A DNA stretch of 64,000 nt from the human T2T-CHM13v2.0 reference genome, Homo sapiens, in assembly GCF_009914755.1 (NCBI RefSeq), contig NC_060947.1; one strand, written 5' to 3'. A model generated the notes under the pieces. The model did not search any database and was not told the DNA's origin. It saw only the letters and a program-made list of their open reading frames with translations. Made by a program: the position numbers and the translations under genes. This document shows positions 53,286 to 64,000 of the stretch, piece by piece. How positions within the stretch are numbered: position 1 is the first letter of the stretch; the number at the start of each line of letters is the position of its first letter.

Positions 53286-55447
53286 AGAGGAGAAATGCAT
53301 TCCAAATGTATTTCTTGGCAATAAGCTTAGTTTTCATCCCCTTACGTGTTGGGGAACTAAATGTCACATTTTTCTCACTTTATGCTTCTTTAACAAAGAC
53401 TTCATTCTTCCCCTTGGTAAAAGAGAAATTTTTAAATAAGAGTAGACCAGACTTCCAAGTGAGAGACCCTCACAAACAGGCAGAATGAGAATAAATCCTA
53501 AAAAATCTGTTTCAACTACAGACCACCCAAAACAGAAGATTTACAGACCCTAGCTAAGATCTGTGAGGATGATAACATTTTCTTCCTACTTTCTCAGCAA
53601 GACATTTTCCCAGTTTCAACGTATAGAACATGACTTATTGAATCAAATTTTATTCTCAAAGGAGAGATTTACCAATTCTACTGAGCTCCTTTCTTTCTTT
53701 GTCTTAGGTACCTACATCCATTAGTTTGAATGGGGACTCTGAACTGTAAGCAAGTACAGAATAGGTTATATAAGTGAATAAAAATCTTTTCATGATAGTT
53801 TATTCTTAAAGCTCAACAAGTCAGTGTGGGTCAGTATGGAGAGACAAAAATGTAATGGCATCATACTAAATGGACCCTGAAATCTAAAAAGAAAAAGTAA
53901 AATGAATAATTAATCTCATTTCATTATTCAACCCCAAAAGAGAACAAAATAGTCACAAGTTATTTTGATTTAAAGTACACCTGCCCTAGTAATATAGGCA
54001 GGAACACTTTTAAATATAGGCTTTTCATCTTATTTGTATCTGTTTAAGTAGCTTTTGAAAAAAATAAGTGAAATAACTTTATCAGTTTTGAACAAATAGT
54101 TCTTAATCCCAAGCCAATGCTTGCAGAGGCCTCAAGTCATGCCTTCCATTACATTCATAGGAGTAATCTAGATATATACAACATTATGTTGTTCTCTGTA
54201 ATATTTCTGTATTTATTATTAATTTAAAGTTCTTTTGCAATCAGTAGCTGACACAAAAATTATCTATCTTACATAGAATATAAATCAGTAGCCCCATGTG
54301 TTGGTTAGACATACAGTTCAACAAGCATTACGGATGATGTACCAAAGAAGTTTAGAGGTAGAGAAGAGCAGAGGACAGCTTACCCATGGGAGAATTTCTC
54401 ATTCTAAGAGTCTGTAGAATGGAGAGGCAGTTTTCAAAGCCTTTTGTCCAGAGTCATCTATTCCCCAGTTTACGTATGAAACACATTCTAATAGCCTATT
54501 TTATAAATGAACCAACCTCACTCATTGTATGGCTAGAAATGAAACCACATGGGTGATACTATTTATCAAAGCCTTTTTTTCTTCTAGGAATAAATAGTGG
54601 GTCCCCCTTGCAACTCATGGGGGAAAATTAATCCTAAAAGGATGCATGTGCCAGTGAACAGACTAAAGAAAACAGTGAAATGTGTCAAAAATCCAAAAGG
54701 AAAAGTATAAAAGTTAAGTCTACTTTAGCTGAGTGCACAGCTTTAATTGGCAATTTGAGCCAAATATTGTCCATTGAGAATATATTTAAAGTATCTCAGC
54801 AGTATGGCATGGTACACAGTCATGGGATGTGTTCCTTAAGACATATTTCCAGCTTTGTGAATTTCTGCATTTGCAGTGCAGGATGCGCCTTCCATCTCTA
54901 GGCTCAAGTTTCCAAATCCCGTGCAATAAAGCTTAGAAAGCTGCAGTTCCAAAAAGCCAACTCAGGAGGCAATGTTTGAGAATCAGACACAGGGAAAATA
55001 GTACCTGGCTCTATCTCACCAGTAGAAAATTTACTAGAATAATTAATAGAGTGCCTTCCTGACATCCCTGTCTGTCAGAGGTACAACTGATATCCTATTC
55101 GTTACTAAGACTCAGAACCATGACCTAACTCTGCCTCTATTTCATCTTTCCTACTGAGGTTATTTAACAATTTCTGTTGATTTTTTTCTTTATTTTTTTT
55201 TTCCTGAAATTTTTTTCTTTATTTCCACTAACTCTTTAATCCAGAGTCTTGCTATCTTATGCCTGGATTACAAAAAAAGAATTTATCTTCCTTCTCTGAC
55301 TAAACTTTCCCCACCACTGTTTCCATTAAACAGTGTCCTCTACTATTCATCCTATATCTCACTGGTAGACAGAATTTTCTAAAACTCTGCTGTTCACCAT
55401 GACATTCCCCCACTCAAAAAAAAAATTTTTTTTTAATGCTCAAATAG

Positions 55448-55897
55448 TTTTTTTTATTATTATACTTTAAGTTCTAGGGTACATGTGAACAACGTCAGGT
55501 TTGTTACATATGTATACATGCGCCATGTTGGTTTGCTGCACCCATCAACTCGTCATTTACATTAGGTATTTCTCCTAAGGCTACCCTCCCCCATACCCCC
55601 ACCCCGTGACAGGCCCCAGTGTTTGATGTTCCCCACCCTGTGTCCAAGTGTTCTCATTGTTCAATTCCCACCTATGAGTGAGAACATGTGGTGTTTGGTT
55701 TTCTGTCCTTGTGATAGTTTGCTCAGAATGATGGTTTCCAGCTTCATCCATGTCTCTACAAAGTACATGAACTCATCCTTTTTTATGGCTGCATAGTATT
55801 CCATGGTATATATGTGCCACATTTTCTTAATCCAGTCTATCACTGATGGACATTTGGGTTGGTTCCAAGTCTTGGCTATTGTGAATAGTGCTGCAAT
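55448..55897 (-). mobile_element. L1PA5/6-like 3' fragment (~450 bp)
   Basis: ttattatactttaagttctagggtacatgtg 3' UTR. The ORF2 C-terminus WNQPKCPS...MFSLIGGN appears in ORF 55661-56008. Confidence 0.93.
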
Positions 55898-56042
55898 CGA
55901 AATTTTTTTTTTCCAAATGGTTGACCCAAACCTCTCTGCATAACTTTTAAAGTCCTTGATAGTATGTTTCTGTAAAACTTTATTCTCACTAGTGTATATA
56001 TGGTGCATCTAGTCAGGCTTACATTCATAGTTAAGAAAAATA

Positions 56043-56516
56043 TGTAACTTCATTTCATTTCAGGTCCTAGGTCAAGCTTTCACTTCAGCTCCTAATAGGT
56101 CCTGGGCCAAGCTGAGCAGCCCCTGTGAATCATCACTTCATCTCCTGATTAGTCCCAGGTCAAGGTCCCGGACCAAGCTGAGTCACAGTTTCCCTGATTA
56201 GTCCCAGGTCAAGGTCCCGGACCAAGCTGAGTCACAGTTTCTCCAAGACAGGCCACAGACTAAGCACATTCCTCCCCCTTCCCAGTTCATAAAAACCGCA
56301 GACTCTAGCCTCATAGTGGGCAACACATTCAGCACCCCCCTGCCACCGGCACCTCAGCTGCAGAGAGCTTTCTTTTTTTGCTTATTAAACTTTCACTCCA
56401 GCCTCACTCTTGTGTCCATGCTCCTTAATTCTCTTGGATGTGAGACAAAGAACTCTGGGTACTATCTCAGAAAATGAGAGACTACTACATTTTGGTGCAT
56501 TGGCAGGACTACAACA
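56043..56516 (+). mobile_element. MER50-like ERV1 LTR, 3' part
   Basis: cataaaaacc TATA region, attaaa polyA signal, and terminus gagactactacattttggtgcattggcaggactacaaca. Confidence 0.75.
56144..56241. repeat. Perfect 49-bp tandem duplication
   Basis: cctgattagtcccaggtcaaggtcccggaccaagctgagtcacagtttc at 56144-56192 and 56193-56241. Confidence 0.95.
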
Positions 56517-58339
56517 CTACCTAAGGTAATAATACAATTTATTAATGGCTAATAAATTATGTATAGCTAATTTAATTGTGTGTCTTCTATTGTTATTACA
56601 AAAAGTCCTTGTTGCTATTTTTGTAAAATTCTCAGTTAAAGAGATTTTGGTGAAAAAAAGAATAACTGAATCAGGTAGACTCAACTGATAGGGGCACCCT
56701 AGATTCTAGTACCCTAAGGAGCCCATCTAGGTAAGCAGTATACCTCAAGAATAGTGCCTAAAGACAGCCTGTTTCTCTTGGATGAGCCATAAGTGACATT
56801 TCCACAGGATCATTCCCTATCTTATATCTTTAGAATAACAAAGAAATCAGTTTTACTCTATCTTAGATATTTGATCTGTGACAAAAGCAAAATATGCTTA
56901 TTTCTCATTAAAAAGTGTATGTCAGGCTGGGGGTTAGCATAAAGGCAAGCAGATTGAAAAGGCTCAGTCATGTGCTGCCTGCTTGTTTTAATACTTTTGC
57001 TCCAAATAAGCTCATGCATTTCCACAGTTTAAAATTCCACATGTGTCTTTGGATGGGTGTTTCCCTTAAGATAAAATCAAATAGAATCAGAAAGAATGTA
57101 CCCCCCCGACACACACATGCACATGTATTACTCCTTTTTTAGTCTCAGTTGTATACTATGGCTATTACTGGATGGCTGCCAGTATTCATATTGGTGAGAT
57201 GCAATGTTTGAAAAAAAATTGAAAAGATATTTCTCCATATTGCTAGAGGAAATACATGATCTAATGATAAGCAATGGGTAAAGATCTTTCCAGGAGTATA
57301 TATACCAACTTATAAAACATTAGGCACCCCATATCTATAACAAACTTGATCTCACACTGAGACAAAGAAGGAGAGTTGCAGGAGTTTCAGTCCTAATATA
57401 GTCCTTGTCATGCTTATGTCTCCACACCAGGTCACTGTTGGGAATCATTTTCCCTTTTGTGATAATGATTGGGTAGTGATTTTCTGTCTTATGTCAGTTT
57501 TTTTTTTTTTGTCTTATATCAGAAAACTCAATAAGCCATTCTGCTATTCAAAAGGGGGCTTCAGAGAAAGCAGTTATTTCCTCACCAAAAGTTAATAGGA
57601 CTCATTTAAGAATATTATTGACTAGACTTTGATAACAAATTACACTTAGGATAAGTTTCAAATATGTCCAAAACATAAATGTTAGAAAATTGAACCATTC
57701 AATTTTATACACAAGAACCATAATCCATCCACAGAAGTGGCCTGCTCAAGTAATTTTCTCAGGAGATATAGCAGACAAGAAATTTCTTAGTTAAATTTCA
57801 TTTCTAGTCTACAAATCTTTTATATAAATATAGATAGTACAGTAATCTTTGGCATAGTCTTTGGTATTTAAGAAGGCCCTTCCTAGAAATAAATATAGTA
57901 CTTCTTCACGTTTGGTCTATTTACATGCCTGGAGAGTTTATGTTATGGTGGACCGGTCTCAGCCTTTTTCTGAACACCAAGAAATTTCAGTACCATTATA
58001 AAAAAAGTTGCTCATCTCTGGGCTCAGCTTTATGATTATCATGTTTGTTTATATGCTGCTTTTCTGCCAAATATATGTAAGAAGGTATGCACAAATATGA
58101 GCAGTGCAATAAGATTTTCATTAAGTAAATGAAAAAATCATGGTGAAGAATTAGAAAGGTTAGTAAAATAAGATTAATCCAAAGGTGAATATCAAAAAAA
58201 TTACGTGCTATGAGGTACAGAATGAAATGTAACATGTAACATTAGCTGCAGCACATAATTTTTTTAAATGTTCAAGAGAATTAAAATTATTTTCAGAAAC
58301 ACAACCAGAGAGAAATTTCTATTGCAATTCCTTGTATAT

Positions 58340-58404
58340 TGTAGTCAATAATATCTTCAACAACTTGAAGTATATAATGTAGTCAATAATATCTTCAACA
58401 ACTT
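58340..58404. repeat. 27-bp direct repeat, 38-bp period
   Basis: tgtagtcaataatatcttcaacaactt at 58340-58366 and 58378-58404. Confidence 0.9.
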
Positions 58405-58756
58405 TATAGAAAACAACCAACATCTTAAGGCTGTTTTACAATATCGGTCAATGTATGTCAATGGTATTATGCCATTATGACTAATCTTAGTGCCATTAAA
58501 GAAATTTTACATGTGTTTAGGACCAGATGAGGTGTGTCATGCGGCAAGCTAGGTCTGGCTTAAACCAAAGTCAAATTGAAGATTATCTAGAGGAATAAAT
58601 TTTCTTTAGGTATTTCAGGTAATCTTCCAGAGATAATCTCTCACCTAAATTTTGATATGTATTTTGTGGCAGACTTTTAAGTAATACTCTTTGTCAAATC
58701 TGGGAGTGCAGCTAATCTATATTGCTTCTTAGGTGCAGACAGATGTACTTTAATAA

Positions 58757-59025
<269 letters not shown>

Positions 59026-59824
59026 TGCCTTCTCAGTAACATTGAGGACACTTACCTAAGGAGGTGTTCACTGAATTTATTTATGAAAATGAGCCAAGAG
59101 ACTACCCGCAGAAAGGAGCAAGATTTATCCCCCAAATAGTTAAAGTCAGCTTCATCTCATAAATGAACAAGAATTCAAGTTCCCAGAGTTTTGTATCATA
59201 ATGTATTTCCTCATAATTTTTAACTCAGATTATTTTTAACAGAATATAATCAAATATCCTACTTATCTTTAAAATAAAACTCATTAAAAACACTCATAAA
59301 ACTCAAGCAATGTAATTCTCTAGTGACCTCTCTATGACTAGCTGCTTGAAAAACATAATCCTAGTTGACTGAAGAAATCTGCCAGTTGTGTAGGGTGATT
59401 ATCAATATACTAGTCAAATATTGCAAAATGCCTACCAAGAATTATGACTTTTGCAATAGTGGATCTTAAGCCACCTTTTCTGGAAGTAATTGGATAGTAA
59501 GACTAGTCATTAATCACAGCCACAATTATATTATTACATTAAAACTCTTTAATCTGCATATTAGAGCACATTTATCAGCTTGGCCTCTTTAGGGGTAAGA
59601 GGGTATACATTTAAGTATTATGAGCAAGTATAATTTGTATGCCTAACATAGTACTTTGATTGTCATATGGATGAAATGTCACAGATGATTAAATAATTTT
59701 TTGAGATAATCTACTTCCATAAAATATTTAGTTCCCCATTTTGGGCCATGTTATCTGTAAATCTATCATAGGGGTTGGCTCCCTTAGGTCCTTATTACCT
59801 AGGGAAAGAGAATACCATATGACT

Positions 59825-60012
59825 GTAGTTCACAGACTGTATTTTGAATTAAGATTTCCTGGAGCTCATTACAAAGGCAGATTCTGTACCACATTCTCAG
59901 ATCTTCTGCTTTAGAAATTCTTGGGTTAGAACCAGGGAGTTCCATTTTAACAATAACCTTAGAGATAATTCTGATGCAAAGTATCAGCAGATCTCACTGT
60001 GAGAAACACTTC
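59825..60012. mobile_element. MER5-type hAT element
   Basis: cctggagctcattacaaaggcagattc ... cattttaacaa ... gataattctgatgca ... tgagaaacact. Confidence 0.7.
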
Positions 60013-60959
60013 TTAGGACATTATCCTCCAGCACCATAATTAAGAGGATTATTTGATGGCTATGCCCTGAAATAATAGGACACAGAACACCCCTAGAGTA
60101 TGAGAGTAGTGAACACTCACAACAGATATGGAAAGGTGCAAACGGTGTCATCTACTTGGTAATGTAGCTCAGGGCCTTCCCTGGTTGCCTGCCCATCCAA
60201 GGTTTTACCATTACCAAGAACTATAGGAATTTGAAGCATAGTCTTTCTGGGAATTTCCATACACTTTGAAATTAAAGAGCACAGGCATAAATAGAATAGT
60301 AGCACCAAAAATTAAAGACCAGAAATTTCTGTACTTCACAATAAGCAGTGCTGTAAGAAAGAGTTGGTGATGATAGTGATTTCTAAAAAAGTACCTTTTC
60401 CCCTTTACCTTCTAGAATGCAAATCAGTTCACTTATCCTTTAATCAGAGGATAGTCTTATGTTTTCATTTTCTTCAGTGTAGTAAAAATATTTAATGACA
60501 TATCCTATTAGATGTTTCTTTTGGAATTCACATGACAGAAATCAATGCAGCTAAAATATTGTCACAGCAGGTCTATCTACAATACGTATTCACTCTTTAA
60601 TCCTTGGACTATAATGTGAGACATAAATACACAATAAAAGAGAGGAGTGGCATTATCATTTGTCATAGCAAAAACACATTTAGCGATCAAGTAGTTGGTG
60701 TAATATACCTAGTGATTTGGAAAATTAGATGTTAAAAAAGAATAGAGTATAACAGAAAGAAGAGAGAAAGAATTCTTAGATGTTTTCAGATAAAGTGCAT
60801 TTTAACAGGAACAAAGACTACATAGAAGCAGATGCACATTTGACAAGATCAGAGTCCTTAGGCTATAGCATCTTGGGGAGAACCGAAGAAAGAGAAAACA
60901 CAAAACATAAGTAATAATAATAAAAATGAACAATACTTTCTTTAAACAATTACCAAGTT

Positions 60960-61240
60960 ACTACTGTTTTTCAGGTGCAGCCATCGGTCTTAGGGTTACA
61001 ATAAACGAAGAAACAAACAAACAGGACTTTTGCTGCCAAACAGCACACAATCCAGTGGAAGAGACAAAAAGCTGGCAAATAATCACAGTACAGTGAATTT
61101 AGTACAATAATAGATATTCAGAACTTGTTTAAGAGCTCAGAATAGGGAGATAATAATCTCGTCTGTGAAGGGAGAGGTTAAGGAAGACTTCATGGAGCAC
61201 CTGGCTTTTCAATGTTGAACAGGAATTTTTAAAGTGTACA
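60960..61240 (-). mobile_element. L2 fragment
   Basis: cacaatccagtggaagagac...aaggaagacttcatggag. Confidence 0.55.
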
Positions 61241-61526
61241 ATATTCCCCTGTAGCATTATAATGGAGAATAACTGAAGAATAGGACACAGAACACTCGTA
61301 GATTTTGATAGAAAATGAGCACTTGTAGGTTAAATGAGAAAGTGCAAATGGCATCACCTACTTCATAAAGTGGCCCAGGCTTACAGTATTCAGAGACTTT
61401 ATCGCATTGCCAAAAGAAGCTGTATTATTATTTTTTAGAGTTAGTATATATTATATAGCTTCCCAGAAGTAGTAAATGACTAAATCTAGATTTCCACCAC
61501 CCCAAAGCATCAGTTTTTAACTTGGT

Positions 61527-61529
<3 letters not shown>

Positions 61530-61573
<44 letters not shown>
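61530..61573. repeat. (TG)22 microsatellite
   Basis: Pure TG run. Confidence 0.95.
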
Positions 61574-61575
<2 letters not shown>

Positions 61576-62927
61576 GAAAGGCTTTTTATTCTTCTATTTT
61601 CTGGATAGAATATTCTATTCTTCTATACTCTTGGAATTCCTTTCTGTACTCTGTAGGAGCCTTGTGTTTTATCTTCTCTGACATTACCATAATCCTCTTT
61701 ATAATATTTTGTCCATGTCCTTCCTTTTTTCCTTAATTGTCCATCGCCAGCCAAATTAATTCTCCCTGAGGAAACTTCCAAAATCTCTGCCTTTCCAAAA
61801 ATCACAAGAACATCAGCAATGGAGGAGGAGAATAGGCTTTTTTTGAGGGGAGAAAGGTAGGAAGCAGGGCAGGCTGGCTAGAAGGGGGAAGATTCCATTA
61901 GAATGGGTTCTAAGGGGCTAAGTGGGAAAAAGGTTCTCAGGGGAATTCATGCAGCAAGTACATCCAGAGCATACCAGATTATTTCACCAATGCAGCAAAG
62001 GGATGCTCTCTTAGTGGTGTCTATTACCACTAAATTAAATCCTTTAGATACCTGGTGTTTTCCTCTCTATGGGGAAAAATCTTTTATATGAAATATCCCT
62101 GCCTCTCTCCAAATGCTCTTCTCCTCCTCTACACTCCAAATATTGACCATTGACCATTTTCCATTCGTTTTTCTGTCTTGATTTAATCCAGTTACAAACT
62201 TTTCTTACCTACTTAATTTGCTGGCCCTCAAATAATCAAGAAACATTGTAAAAACTTCACATAATCTTTAGAAGGACAGATGCTTTAATTCTTATCCTGG
62301 TATTGCATGTGCCTAGAGGAAACAGGAAAATGCTTAAAATGGTTCCAGCTAATTTCAAAGAGAAAGGCGTAAACTGCTGCCTGAAGCAGAAGGCTGGAGA
62401 AGACTGCCTATGTCATCACAAGCAGCTGTTCCTATCCCAAACAGGGGAATGAGGAAGGACTTGGATACCAGCTGGGTAACGGAAGTGGAGAGAGATGAAA
62501 TACATAATTTTGATTAAAATCTTTCTTCTGTAACTTTCACACATATTTCTGCATAAACATTTTCCTTTTTTAGCCTCAAATAAGAGTCAATGTGGCTCAG
62601 TGAGGAAACACATACATATATACACACACATAATAACTGAGACTATGGGTTTTAGCCTCATGCAAGATTCTTCTTATGACCTTGGACAAGCATCTTCATC
62701 TACATGTGTTACATTATTCTCATTTGAAAAAACATTGTAAAACAAATTCTGAATAAATTTTGGAATTGCTTTGTGAAGGAAAAAATATGATTTTCATTAT
62801 TCTGATAAAGGTGGGTTTTATAAATTCATAAAGAATATTATACTTTTACTTTTAGATAAACATGGACTATTAACTAAAAGTAGAGCAGTAGCATGTGACA
62901 TTTAACAGATTAGAAATGATATAATTA

Positions 62928-64000
62928 GGGAGTGGCCAAGATGGCCGACTAGAAGAAGCTAGGTTGTGTCGCTCTCACGGAGAGGAATGGAAGGGGTAAG
63001 TAAAAACAGCAACTTCAACAGAAACAACCAGTTACTGGCATTGGGGACCAATTGAGGAGAATGTACTGGCATTGGGACCAATCAAGAAAACAATGCAACC
63101 CACAGAGAATGGACAAAAGCAAGGCAGGACAATGGCTCACCCAGGAGTGACACAGAGCCAAGAGAACCTTCCCTACCCAGGGGAGCAGTGAGTAAATGTG
63201 CAACCCTGGGAAACCATGGTTCTCCCACAGATCTTTGCAACTCTTGAGTCAAGAGATCCCCTCATGAACTTACTCCTTCAGTCTGACACACAAAGCTATG
63301 AGAAATCTCAGCAGAACAGCCACTCAGGCATGTGCAGAGACCTGGGAGCTTTAGATACTCCATCTCTGGGCTTCCTGTCGAATATAACTGCAACTCCAGC
63401 AAAGTGGGACATTAGACCCCCATGCATATCCCTAGGAAAGAGGCTGAATCTAGGGGGTCACCTAGCAATGGTCTGTAGGCCCCACTTCCATGAAACCTCA
63501 CAGAATAAGACTCACTGGCTTAGAATTCCAGCCAGCCACCTATAGCAATGTTGCAACTACCTGGGCTGGAGCTCCCATGAGAAGGGGCAGGCTGTCATTT
63601 TTGTGGTTTGTGCATTTAAACCAGTCCAGTCTGTGGGCTTTGGAGAATCCAAACCAACCAGAGGTGGAAGGAATTCCCCAGTGCAGCATAGCTGGTCTAC
63701 CAAAACATGGCCAAACTACTGCTTTAAGTCAGTCTCTGGTCTCTTCCTCCTCACTGAGTGGGACCTCCAAATGAGGGCCTCCAGCCACCCCTGCCAGTGT
63801 TGTTCAGCCTGCAGAGATTTGAAAACTCCCTGGGATGGAACTCCCAGACACAGGGGCAGACAGCTATCTTTACTGTTTGGATGACTTAGCAGTTCCAGCC
63901 TTTGGGCTTTGGGAAGCCCAAGCCAAACAGGGGTGGAAGTGGTACACATGCACAGCACAGCAGCCCTACAGAAAATGTGGCCAGACTGCCACATTTTTAA
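62928..64000 (+). mobile_element. 5' UTR of an older primate L1 (L1PA12-16/L1PREC2-like), running off the window
   Basis: Begins gggagtggccaagatggccgactagaag...ctctcacggagagg. It is preceded by an L1 endonuclease-like site (tt|agaaa). Confidence 0.85.
62937..62947 (+). promoter_or_regulatory. YY1 motif at the L1 promoter start
   Basis: CAAGATGGCCG about 10 nt from the L1 5' end, the conserved position of the L1 YY1 site. Confidence 0.75.

Noticed and set aside
55661-56008. 115-aa ORF with a clear protein-like C-terminus
   Set aside because: It is the L1 ORF2p C-terminus in a 450-bp truncated L1PA, read in from flanking DNA.
59050-59058. Strong - strand donor TAG|GTAAGT
   Set aside because: No convincing partner acceptor or open frame nearby; isolated consensus matches are expected by chance.

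Overview
This is AT-rich, CpG-poor primate genomic DNA, most likely human: one Alu carries AluYa5-lineage diagnostic bases. The window is dominated by interspersed repeats: 6 Alus, many L1 fragments (L1PA, L1PB, L1MA, L1MC, L1ME), L2/MIR relics, Tigger1 and hAT MER elements, MaLR elements (THE1A, THE1D/MSTA, MLT1), an ERVL remnant and a MER50-like LTR. The long ORFs in the ORF track come from these repeats, and I found no intact protein-coding gene. The only gene-like signal is at the left edge: a 63-nt + strand exon candidate (446-508) and a short terminal exon candidate (1526-~1578) with AATAAA and a GU-rich downstream element. Together they suggest the 3' end of a gene I cannot identify. 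I do not see evidence for a novel multi-gene system. The observations worth a second look are structural: a ~320-bp local copy inserted inside a TA/CA microsatellite, a diverged unannotated ~200-bp duplication, perfect recent tandem duplications, an Alu with 4 of 5 Ya5 diagnostics, twin-primed L1s and two MaLR proviruses that each lack one LTR. Repeat subfamily calls come from recalled consensus motifs, not from a database search, and boundaries are approximate unless a TSD is given.
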